Part shown: in pieces, positions 9,573 to 17,258 of the stretch
Numbering within the stretch: position 1 is the stretch's first letter
How the letters are laid out: every line of letters begins with the position of its first letter
Source of the DNA: an uncultured Mageeibacillus sp.
GTDB taxonomy: Bacteria > Bacillota > Clostridia > Saccharofermentanales > DTU023
Reading direction: 5' to 3'
Length of the DNA stretch: 64,000 bases
Assembly: GCA_964606165.1 (NCBI GenBank)
Contig: CAZSFQ010000003.1
Location: forward strand, 64,322 to 128,321
The notes under the pieces: generated by a model
Databases searched by the model: none
What the model saw: only the letters and a program-made list of their open reading frames with translations
Told to the model about the DNA's origin: nothing
Made by a program: the position numbers and the translations under genes

Positions 9573-10019
9573 GTGCGCGCACTGATTCAACGTGTAAGTG
9601 AGGCATCCGTCCTTTGCGATGACGGATTCCAGTCAGCAATCGGGCAGGGTTTTCTTATTCTCCTCGGCGTCGGGGCTGAAGACCATGAAGAAAGTTGTGC
9701 GCGACTTTGGCAGAAAATCAGGAAACTGAGGATTTTCAAAGATCATGAGGGAAAAACCAACCTTGATTTGGCTTCCGTGGAGGGAGAGGTCATGGTCGTT
9801 TCCCAATTTACCTTGTTCGCTGATACGAAAAAGGGAAACCGGCCCAGCTTCGTCAAGGCGGCCCCGCCCGAAAAGGGTGAACAGCTCTACCAGTATTTTG
9901 TGGAGCTTGCGCGGCGCGATATCCCCTCAGTTCAGACTGGTTCCTTCGGAGCGGAGATGAAAGTCAGTTTGGTCAATGACGGCCCCTTCACCATTTGGCT
10001 CGACACGGATCAGTTTTGA
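9573..10019 (+). CDS. dtd: D-aminoacyl-tRNA deacylase
   Basis: GTG start. MRALIQRV...SQFTLFADTKKGNRPSF...NDGPFT match Dtd hallmarks. 148 aa. Confidence 0.9.
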   Translation: MRALIQRVSEASVLCDDGFQSAIGQGFLILLGVGAEDHEESCARLWQKIRKLRIFKDHEGKTNLDLASVEGEVMVVSQFTLFADTKKGNRPSFVKAAPPEKGEQLYQYFVELARRDIPSVQTGSFGAEMKVSLVNDGPFTIWLDTDQF

Positions 10020-10999
10020 CAGGCTAACCTTTCGGTTTGGGGCGACAGGGAAGTCATGATCCAGGTGACCTGGGGATATCTTGCGGTCAGCATCCCAAAT
10101 GCATTCTCCATGACTTTCTCATGATCGAATAGAGCGAAGCAGGCGGGCCCGCTTCCTGTCATGGACGCCGCGAAGGCACCTGCGTCGCGCATGTCCTCTA
10201 CGATAAGCCTGGTTACGCTGGACTGATCTGACTGAACTTCCATAAAATCATTGTGGACCAAACTCCCTATCTCCGACCGATCGCCTTGTACAAGCGCAGC
10301 CGTCCATCGCGCAAAATCCGGACCCGGCTGCCTGTCGGGCGCCTGCCGGCCACCCTGATCCAGCCTGACGGCGTCAAGTGAACGAAAGGCGTCGGCCGTA
10401 CGAATCGGAAAGGGGGGGAAGGCCAGCAAAACACGATGAGGGAGGCTTTCGATGGTGCCGGACATACGCTCGCCCACTCCCTGGCAGAAGCGGACACCGC
10501 CGTGCAGGCAGAAAGGCACATCGGCGCCGCAGGCCAAGGCAAGACGGTCAAGATGATCCAAAGACAAGCGTCCGCGGTCAAGCTGGAGGGACTCAGCCAA
10601 CCCTCCCTGCCAGCACATCCAAAGAAAACGCAGAACCGCCGCGGCGTCCGCGCTTCCACCGCCAAGACCCGCGGCCATGGGAATCTTCTTTTCGATGTGG
10701 CAGTGAAAATGAAGGGATTGCGGGTCGATCCCGGCCGCCTCGAAAAACAAAGACGCCGCTTTAAAGCACAGATTTTCCTCGCCGGCAGGTAGTTGGCTGG
10801 AGTCTGAGCTGAGTTCCCAGCCGGTATCATACTCTCTTGTACGGCGCAAGCCTAAATCAAGACGGTCGGCCAAAGCGACCGTCGCCATCACTCCGGCCAG
10901 CTCGTGGTAATCGTCCGGCCGGCGGCCCAATACACGAAGAGACAAATTAATCTTGGCCCGGGCACTTTCAATCGACCGGCAGGGGGGGAATTCAGTCAC
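10010..10999 (-). CDS. ispE: 4-diphosphocytidyl-2-C-methyl-D-erythritol kinase
   Basis: GHMP kinase motifs AKINLSLRVLGRRPDDYHEL and PMAAGLGGGSADAAA. Its 3' end overlaps the dtd 3' end by 10 nt. Confidence 0.85.
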   Translation of the reverse strand: MTEFPPCRSIESARAKINLSLRVLGRRPDDYHELAGVMATVALADRLDLGLRRTREYDTGWELSSDSSQLPAGEENLCFKAASLFFEAAGIDPQSLHFHCHIEKKIPMAAGLGGGSADAAAVLRFLWMCWQGGLAESLQLDRGRLSLDHLDRLALACGADVPFCLHGGVRFCQGVGERMSGTIESLPHRVLLAFPPFPIRTADAFRSLDAVRLDQGGRQAPDRQPGPDFARWTAALVQGDRSEIGSLVHNDFMEVQSDQSSVTRLIVEDMRDAGAFAASMTGSGPACFALFDHEKVMENAFGMLTARYPQVTWIMTSLSPQTERLACQN

Positions 11000-11002
11000 G
11001 GC

Positions 11003-11293
11003 CTAACGGCTGTCCTCCGTTTGCAGAAGCAGTTTTTCAAGACCCTCGTCATCGAAGGCAATTTCGACAACATTTGTCAAGAGATCAATGTAGCTGAAAC
11101 AGACATGTTCACTGTAGGTCGGGCTGACGGGACAGCAAACGGTAAAAACATTTGATGAGCAGTTTTCAAGATAACCCTCATGTATGACTGTACGGCGGCG
11201 CCCTCCGTTTGACTTAAGCATGATACGTTGTCCAAGGCGTTCTTCCAGTTCAGCTCGGCATGAAGCCAACTCAGATTTTGCAATCAATTGCAT
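11003..11293 (-). CDS. veg: Veg family protein
   Basis: 96 aa. LKSNGGRRRT...FSYIDLLTNVVEI resembles B. subtilis Veg. veg next to ispE is the usual Firmicute arrangement. Confidence 0.8.
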   Translation of the reverse strand: MQLIAKSELASCRAELEERLGQRIMLKSNGGRRRTVIHEGYLENCSSNVFTVCCPVSPTYSEHVCFSYIDLLTNVVEIAFDDEGLEKLLLQTEDSR

Positions 11294-11399
11294 TCACTCC
11301 TCTATTTAAAATGTCAAAGGCACATACGTGGCCATCAAACCGCATTATACCTGAAAGGGCTTTAAAAATCAAGGTAAATCACGCCGTAAGCGCCTGTTT

Positions 11400-12482
11400 T
11401 CAGGACATGTCAGCGACGACACCGCCTCCCAGAACCCGGTCGCCGTCGTAGAAGACAGCGGACTGGCCCGGAGAAGTGATCCGCACCGGTTCTGCAAACC
11501 TGATCCTCGCCTCCCCATGCTTGGGCCCCGTCAGCACAGTCGCGTCATGAGGTGTCCCCTGAGAACGAAGTTGAACCCCCGCGCGAAAGGTGCCGGGCTG
11601 GGGCCCGGCCAGGACCAGGCCGGTCAGAAGGGCTTCCTTCATCAGGGCAGCGGACTCTTCGCCCAGCGTCACTGTGTTATGGCAGTGATCGGTGGCAAGA
11701 ACAGTCATCCGTCTGCCAAAAGACTGGCCAAGATGGCGGCGCTGTCCTGGCGTGTATTGCCAGCTTCCTTTGTGTTCACCAATCACTTCTCCTGCCGGGT
11801 CAATAAAGAATCCGGGATTCTCCTCCAGGCCCCAGCGGCCGAGGAAAGCTCTCAGCTGGTTCTTTGCGATAAAGCAGATATCCTGACTGTCCCTGGCCTC
11901 CGATACCGGGTCATGAAAGCGCTGGGCCAGCCGCCGTGCTTCCTCCTTGGATAAACTTCCAACAGGAAAGAGAAGCCTGCCAAGCAAAGAGGGTTCGAGT
12001 CTGTACAAGAAGTAGCTTTGGTCGTGACGCCGGTGGAGTGCACGATAAAGCCAATAACCTTGATCCGTCTCCACGACACGCGCGTAATGGCCGGTGGCCA
12101 GGTACTGAATGCCCAACTGATCGGCCAGATCACTCATATGGGCAAACTTGAAGCCGGGGTTGCACAGGACGCAGGGATTAGGCGTCAAACCGCCCTTCCA
12201 GGCTTCCACGAAAGGGACAACCACTTCTTGGTAAAAGGCCTGCCTGACATCCAGGACCCTGTGAGGGATCCCAAGGATACGGGATGACCTTTCCGCCCTT
12301 TCTATCCTGGATCTGTCGGCCTGGTCTTCCTGCCAGGTCCACAAGGTCACGGCTGTCACTTGGTAACCTTTTTCCTGCAGCAAGACAGCGGAAGCCATGC
12401 TGTCCACGCCTCCGGAGAGGCCAAGCAGAACCTTGCGCCCGGAAGCCTTTTTGCTGCTTTTCTTTTGCTGATTCTCTTTCAC
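11400..12482 (-). CDS. mnmA: tRNA 2-thiouridine(34) synthase MnmA
   Basis: GTG start. PP-loop LGLSGGVDS plus the conserved NPCVLCN and ATGHYAR motifs. Confidence 0.9.
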   Translation of the reverse strand: MKENQQKKSSKKASGRKVLLGLSGGVDSMASAVLLQEKGYQVTAVTLWTWQEDQADRSRIERAERSSRILGIPHRVLDVRQAFYQEVVVPFVEAWKGGLTPNPCVLCNPGFKFAHMSDLADQLGIQYLATGHYARVVETDQGYWLYRALHRRHDQSYFLYRLEPSLLGRLLFPVGSLSKEEARRLAQRFHDPVSEARDSQDICFIAKNQLRAFLGRWGLEENPGFFIDPAGEVIGEHKGSWQYTPGQRRHLGQSFGRRMTVLATDHCHNTVTLGEESAALMKEALLTGLVLAGPQPGTFRAGVQLRSQGTPHDATVLTGPKHGEARIRFAEPVRITSPGQSAVFYDGDRVLGGGVVADMS

Positions 12483-12540
12483 TCTTTCATTTTATGGGTC
12501 AAAGCGACGCCTGTCGAGTTGTATTGCCATCGGGAAAAAG

Positions 12541-12900
12541 ACAGACGCGAAACGGGCAGGATTCCCATTTCTTCCCGGGAATCAGCTGCCCGTTCCTTCG
12601 AGGTGTACTTTCAAAGTACGCCTCCTTTCCTGTCCCTTCATGGCCGCTTTGCCGGTCAAAGTCAGACGACCCCATGAACGATTCCGGCCATAAGAATACG
12701 GTTTGGTGCGCTTTCGTTGCGGTCACCCGTCTTCTCAATGAAAGAGGTAACGCACCCCTGGCTTCAGGTATTCCGCACCCGCGCGCACTAGCGCGGTCTT
12801 TCGGGACACTCCATTGTCTGATTACTTACAACTTTCTGGTGAATCCGACTCAATACGGACGCACATTTCCGTCTATGTAATCCAATCGAGGTTGCCATGA
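12541..12900 (-). ncRNA. Candidate structured 5' leader or ncRNA upstream of mnmA, riboswitch-like with a possible glnA-RNA-like core. Unclassified.
   Basis: ~470 bp with no credible ORF in an otherwise densely coding window. It has its own promoter, several nested helices (for example 12600-12624, a 9-bp stem) and a 3' hairpin. CGUUCA at 12680-12675 and GAAGGAACG near 12599-12591 flank an ACAGGAAAG-hairpin element. Confidence 0.45.
12551..12594 (-). terminator. Terminator-like or attenuator hairpin in the mnmA leader
   Basis: AACGGGCAGCUGAUUCCC...GGGAAUCCUGCCCGUU forms a ~14-bp stem. It is followed by UUCGCGUCUGUCUUUUU, so the U-tract is not immediately adjacent. It lies ~70 nt before the mnmA GTG. 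Confidence 0.5.
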
Positions 12901-12928
12901 TCCTAGCATATTCCCGATTTCCTGTCAA
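12900..12928 (-). promoter_or_regulatory. Sigma-70-type promoter for the mnmA leader
   Basis: On the minus strand: TTGACA (12928-12923), a 17-nt spacer, then TAGGAT (12905-12900). It lies just downstream of the XRE gene stop. Confidence 0.5.
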
Positions 12929-12952
12929 TATTTATCCGCCTTCTTTGAATGT

Positions 12953-13378
12953 TTATGTAGCATGAAAATCCGGTTCGCCTGCAGGCTCATTTTTCGCCTC
13001 GAGTGTCTCAATTTCCAGGTAAATCTCTGCCCTGTCAAGAACCCGCTGCCGCGCAAGCGGTGATAGCCGGTTCATGATAGCGAGCAGGCGTGTTTTCTGT
13101 TCAAGGGGAAAGAGTGTTTCTTCCATGCCATGACTCAGGACAGCGCCAATACGCAAAGGGACCGGGGACCCAATGAGGGAATCATTTACATCTTCCATGC
13201 CAAGGATTTGGTCGAGCGTTGCTCCAAACATTGTGGCCAACCGCTTGGCCGTTTTGATATCGGGGTAATTCCGACCGCCCTCCCATTGGCTGACGGAAGT
13301 TTGCGTGACGCCGAGCACGTTTGCCAGCTCGCTTTGCGTCATATGGTTCTTTTTACGAAAATAGCGGATTCCATTCAA
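12953..13378 (-). CDS. XRE-family helix-turn-helix transcriptional regulator
   Basis: IRYFRKKNHMTQSELANVLGVTQTSVSQWEGGRNYPD is a classic HTH_3 motif. The TTG at 13378 has a GAAGGTGG RBS; the ORF-track start is 13387. Confidence 0.8.
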   Translation of the reverse strand: MNGIRYFRKKNHMTQSELANVLGVTQTSVSQWEGGRNYPDIKTAKRLATMFGATLDQILGMEDVNDSLIGSPVPLRIGAVLSHGMEETLFPLEQKTRLLAIMNRLSPLARQRVLDRAEIYLEIETLEAKNEPAGEPDFHAT

Positions 13379-13561
13379 TGCGACCACCTTCTTTCTGGTT
13401 CAATCCAGACTGCTAATTACAATCAATGCGTTCAAAAGACCCTTAGCGGATTCAATATTGCAATTCCTTTTTTATTTGGCAATTTAACAGGAATTACCCA
13501 GATCCGATCAGGTTACGCGTCAATGATAACAGATAATATGTTAGCAATACCACAATGTGCG

Positions 13562-14572
13562 TTACAAATACCAGGAAGGAACAGGCGTGCGGAAGAGGTC
13601 ATGTTGGCGTGACAGGGAGGCAAAACGGTCAATCTTGCGGGATTCGCTGGCCGACCCGGCCGGCGACCGCCTGAGATCGTGGAGGATGGACGTCATGGCG
13701 TGATGTGTCAGAAGGGTAAAAAAATGAGATGGAATATCCATATTGAAGTAGAGGTCAATCAGGTATTGGCGGTCCTGGACGCTGGCGCCCGACAGGTCAA
13801 ACAAAATTTTGCACAAATCCATATCGGCGATGTCTTCGCTTAAGAAAAAGGGTAGATCAATCAGCAGCGCACCACATTCGGTGCAGGTGAAACAAGTGGT
13901 GGCGAACGCCCCGAAAGAGAGTGTCAGACGATAGCTTGTCGAGCGTGAAATGCTGCGGGCGTTTTGTATATAAAAAGATTTCCAGTGCCTGAATACGGGC
14001 TTTTTCGGAATCCGCCCCGCAAGGGCCTCCACAAGATCGACTGCCCTTGATTCCATTTGAGCCATCATCAAACGGCTTTCCTTCCTCTCGAAATAGTTCT
14101 CACCTGTTTGAAGCAGCCGCAAGAAACCTGTCAACTGGACCAGGTTCTCAAAACGGGGAGGATTGGAATCCGAAATGTCCTGAAAGAAAGAGCGGGTTTT
14201 TCTTTTCTCCGAATAACCGACGTAGCCTTCCTCGACACCCTCCCAAGAGATTTCCGGCACCATCTGATCCATAAACCGAAATATGTGGGAAGAACTTGCG
14301 ATGATCTCACTTGCCCAGTAAAGCTGATTCCATAATCCGGAGACACGCGGCCATTCGCGCCAGGGTCCGGCCAGCAGCCAATGGGCGCGTCCCTCCCGGT
14401 CGAAGGCTTCGTAGATTACACAATCGCGCTCCGGCTGCCGCGCGTGACAAGCGCCAAGATGCCAGCCGCGCAGTTTTCCAATTTTGCCCAAGCGTTCCCG
14501 CAATCTGGTCAGTCCGTCAGTTGAACAAAGCATCTGCCCACTGGATTCAGCCATACTGCCTCTATTCTTCAT
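13562..14572 (-). CDS. Hypothetical protein with a possible aminoglycoside/choline-kinase-like fold in which the catalytic motif is degenerate
   Basis: 336 aa. The C-terminal segment SFGAFATTCFTCTECGALLIDLPFFLSEDIADMDL aligns by eye to the APH HGDxxxxN...IDxE..GDPxxDL pattern with His, Asp and Asn replaced. This is a weak call. Confidence 0.35.
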   Translation of the reverse strand: MKNRGSMAESSGQMLCSTDGLTRLRERLGKIGKLRGWHLGACHARQPERDCVIYEAFDREGRAHWLLAGPWREWPRVSGLWNQLYWASEIIASSSHIFRFMDQMVPEISWEGVEEGYVGYSEKRKTRSFFQDISDSNPPRFENLVQLTGFLRLLQTGENYFERKESRLMMAQMESRAVDLVEALAGRIPKKPVFRHWKSFYIQNARSISRSTSYRLTLSFGAFATTCFTCTECGALLIDLPFFLSEDIADMDLCKILFDLSGASVQDRQYLIDLYFNMDIPSHFFTLLTHHAMTSILHDLRRSPAGSASESRKIDRFASLSRQHDLFRTPVPSWYL

Positions 14573-14619
14573 AATAATTTGGATGGATTACTTGTATGAT
14601 AAGGCGACCCGCACAAATA

Positions 14620-14644
14620 ACAAAGCGCCATTTTGGCGCTTTGT
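14620..14644 (-). terminator. Intrinsic terminator downstream of the aminotransferase gene
   Basis: Stem ACAAAGCGCC/GGCGCUUUGU with a 5-nt loop, followed on the minus strand by UUAUUUGUG. Confidence 0.7.
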
Positions 14645-14676
14645 CATCAAGGGGACCCGTATTGGTGTTAAGATCC

Positions 14677-15873
14677 TTAACGCTTGCGGCCAGGGTATTG
14701 ATCGAGCGCAATCTTCAGAATACGCATGGCATCCTCAATATCTTCTGCTTTCAGGACGTAGGCGACGCGAACCTCATCGCGGCCCATGCCGGGCGTTTGG
14801 TAGAAATTCTCAACAGGCGCCAGCATGACAGTTTTGCCCTGGTACTCGAAGTCTGTTAAAAGCCAGATCGCGAAATCCTCCGCATTGTCAACCGGCAGTT
14901 TGGCTGTCGCGTAGAATGCGCCACCCGGTTTCTCGCAAAGGACGCCCTCCATCTTCTGAAGCGCGTCGATCATAATATTTCTTCTTGTCTCATACTCCTG
15001 GCGAATGGGAAGAAAGTAATCAGGGTCAAGGTCGAAGAGGGCCTTGGAACCGATCATTTCCAGTGTCGGCACGCACAAACGCGCCTGGCCAAGTTTGAGC
15101 GCCGCTGTCATGACCTCTCTGTTCTTGCTGGTCAGGGAACCGATCCGCGCGCCGCAGGCCGAAAAGCGTTTGGACACACTGTCGATCAGGATAACACGGT
15201 CCAGCACATCCGTCATGGACCCGAAGCTGGTCGCTGTTTTCCCGTCATAACAAAACTCCCGGTACACTTCATCGGCAATGATGAAGAGGTTGCGGTCGCG
15301 GGCGATGTCAGCGATGCGGCGGACCTCTTCCTGACTGTAAACAGCCCCCACCGGGTTGCCGGGGTTCGACAAGACAAAACCACGTGTTTTTTCCGTAATG
15401 AGCCCTTCGATGGTCGGACGGTCCGGCAGGGCGAAACCGTCCTGGGGATAGGTCGTAATGGGTTTCAGCTCAACAAGATAGGGCGCGGCAAATCCGCGGT
15501 AATTGGTGTAAAAAGGTTCCGGAACCAGGATTTCCTCCCCCGGGTCACAGGTAATCAGCATGGCCCACTGGAGTGCCTCACTGCCCCCGTTTGTGATAAT
15601 GATATCTTCCGTTTCATAGGGCAGCCCGATTCTCTTGTAGTAGTTCGAAATACTTTCCCGAAGCGGCTCCCAGCCGTTGGAGTCCGCATAGGCGAGAACC
15701 TTGACATCCGCCTGCTTGACAGCCTCCAGGAAAACTTTCGGTGTTTCAATATCAGGTTGTCCAATGTTCAAATGGTAAACTTTCGTCCCGCGCTTCTTTG
15801 CCTCGTTCGCGTAGGGAACGAGCTTGCGAATCGGTGACGCCTGCATGGCAGCGCTGCGACTCGATATGATCAT
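14677..15873 (-). CDS. Class I/II pyridoxal-phosphate-dependent aminotransferase (aspartate-aminotransferase-like)
   Basis: SPIRKL...HLNIGQPD N-terminus and the PLP-lysine motif SVSKRFSACGARIG. The ATG at 15873 has an AAGGGGG RBS; the ORF-track start at 16086 is an extension. Confidence 0.85.
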   Translation of the reverse strand: MIISSRSAAMQASPIRKLVPYANEAKKRGTKVYHLNIGQPDIETPKVFLEAVKQADVKVLAYADSNGWEPLRESISNYYKRIGLPYETEDIIITNGGSEALQWAMLITCDPGEEILVPEPFYTNYRGFAAPYLVELKPITTYPQDGFALPDRPTIEGLITEKTRGFVLSNPGNPVGAVYSQEEVRRIADIARDRNLFIIADEVYREFCYDGKTATSFGSMTDVLDRVILIDSVSKRFSACGARIGSLTSKNREVMTAALKLGQARLCVPTLEMIGSKALFDLDPDYFLPIRQEYETRRNIMIDALQKMEGVLCEKPGGAFYATAKLPVDNAEDFAIWLLTDFEYQGKTVMLAPVENFYQTPGMGRDEVRVAYVLKAEDIEDAMRILKIALDQYPGRKR

Positions 15874-15975
15874 CCTTATACCCCCTTGTGTTGATTTGAT
15901 AAAATGATTTCTTCTTTCCGGTCTTTTGCCGGCCGGGCGTTTTGCATGCCCATCATAACATATCCGCCGGCAAAG

Positions 15976-16000
15976 AAAGGGCGTCTGACAGACGCCCTTT
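15976..16000 (-). terminator. Intrinsic terminator downstream of the FucI-fold gene
   Basis: AAAGGGCGUC-UGUCA-GACGCCCUUU hairpin followed on the minus strand by CUUUGCC. Confidence 0.65.
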
Positions 16001-16027
16001 CCGCTTATACAGGGGTGTGGATTCCCC

Positions 16028-17230
16028 TTATTGCCGGTAGGAGCGAAAGAACTCATCGACCAGCTCCTGATGATGGCCGAGAACAATCATGTGGTGGTTG
16101 GCGATCGGTCGTCTGGTAAAGTAATCAAGTCCCGAGGGGACCTCAAGTTCCATCTGCGTTCGGCACAAATTGCCTTCATGCATGCTGTTCAAGAGCCGGG
16201 CATCCGCCGCGTAGTAGGTCTCAAAATCGTCCGCGCATTTGAAAACCGTGCAGGCGCCGGAATCAAAATCTGCCGCGACGGATATCCCGAGACCACTTTC
16301 AAAGTGTGTGGTCAAGCCGTATTCCCGCGGCATGTTGAGCGGCAAAATGCAGTGCGCAAATACGATTTTGTTTTCAGCCGGATAAAGGCGGGATGGGTTG
16401 GCCATGAAGACGGGCTGTTCTGTCAGCTCGCCGATGACCGCCATGGAGACGAGGGAACGGCTGTCCCCCTCACAGGCCGCCCAGATCCCCTGGGCGTTCA
16501 GGATGCCAAGCGCCAGACAGCCGGTGATGCAAAAGGGCTCCAGCAGATCGAAGCAGCGCAGGGTGAACCCGTCCAGCATGTATTTATCAACCAGACGTCT
16601 GCAGGCGCCGTAAACCTGGAGCGCTCCCTCCATCGCTTCGCTGTCGTAGCCTTTGGCCTTCAGCTCGCGCGTCCACTCATTTTCTTCATAAGTCCGTCGC
16701 TCAATCTCCTCCATGACCTCTGCCATGGGCACATGGATGAGCTCCATCCCCGCGCGTTGACGCAAAAGATCCGCGTCGGCGGGCCGGCTGATCAGCCAGT
16801 CGGACTCGCCCGTCACGCCCAGCCGCATCCCATGAAGTTTACCGCGCGTTTCCGCTACGCGGATTAAAACACGCAGCCGGCCGGCAATTTCACCGGGACT
16901 TCCGTGAAGGATCTCTCCCCTCTTACCCTGCTCGTTCAAGTAAGAGAGGATCTCCATTGAAGCTGCCAGCGAATTGTGCGAGCGCGTCGTCAAGAGGATG
17001 TAGGGCCCCGGGACCTTCTCATAAATCGATTTGAATACCTGTTCCGATCCGCCCGAACCGATGAAGAAGAGATTGACAGGCTGGCGTGAAAACAGTTCCT
17101 GATCCTCAGTAAATGCCAGCGGCTCACCGAGCGCCGCGGAAATCTCATCCAGAAAGGCGGCACAGGAAGCCGCCAGGTTGGGATCGCGGTTGTCATCAGG
17201 GGCTTTCACCAGCCAAACTGCTTTTGTCAT
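16028..17230 (-). CDS. L-fucose/L-arabinose-isomerase-fold family protein; function unknown
   Basis: 400 aa. By eye it resembles the uncharacterised fucose-isomerase-like family (N-terminal Rossmann-like region, FAHCILP, ANHH motifs). No sugar transport or kinase genes are nearby. Confidence 0.45.
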   Translation of the reverse strand: MTKAVWLVKAPDDNRDPNLAASCAAFLDEISAALGEPLAFTEDQELFSRQPVNLFFIGSGGSEQVFKSIYEKVPGPYILLTTRSHNSLAASMEILSYLNEQGKRGEILHGSPGEIAGRLRVLIRVAETRGKLHGMRLGVTGESDWLISRPADADLLRQRAGMELIHVPMAEVMEEIERRTYEENEWTRELKAKGYDSEAMEGALQVYGACRRLVDKYMLDGFTLRCFDLLEPFCITGCLALGILNAQGIWAACEGDSRSLVSMAVIGELTEQPVFMANPSRLYPAENKIVFAHCILPLNMPREYGLTTHFESGLGISVAADFDSGACTVFKCADDFETYYAADARLLNSMHEGNLCRTQMELEVPSGLDYFTRRPIANHHMIVLGHHQELVDEFFRSYRQ

Positions 17231-17258
17231 CCGATTAGCTCCTTCTCATTCTTATCTG

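Noticed and set aside
12600-12624. A hairpin whose 7-nt loop reads UUUCAAA on the plus strand (UCA anticodon, tRNA-Sec-like) or UUUGAAA on the minus strand (UGA, tRNA-Ser-like). It was considered as the missing selC.
   Set aside because: The stem is 9 bp, against 5-6 bp in tRNA anticodon arms. No acceptor stem, D-arm or GTTCRA T-loop can be drawn around it on either strand. It fits better as a helix of the mnmA leader RNA.
12483-12952. RNase P RNA, tmRNA, SRP RNA or a T-box as the identity of the ORF-free region
   Set aside because: The hallmark sequences I remember are absent on both strands. These are GAGGAAAGUCC and ACAGAA for RNase P, the 5' GGGG...UUCGAC and 3' tRNA-like CCACCA end for tmRNA, GGUCCGGAAGGAAGCAGC for SRP, and the GGUGGUACCGCG T-box. 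A proper Rfam scan is still needed.
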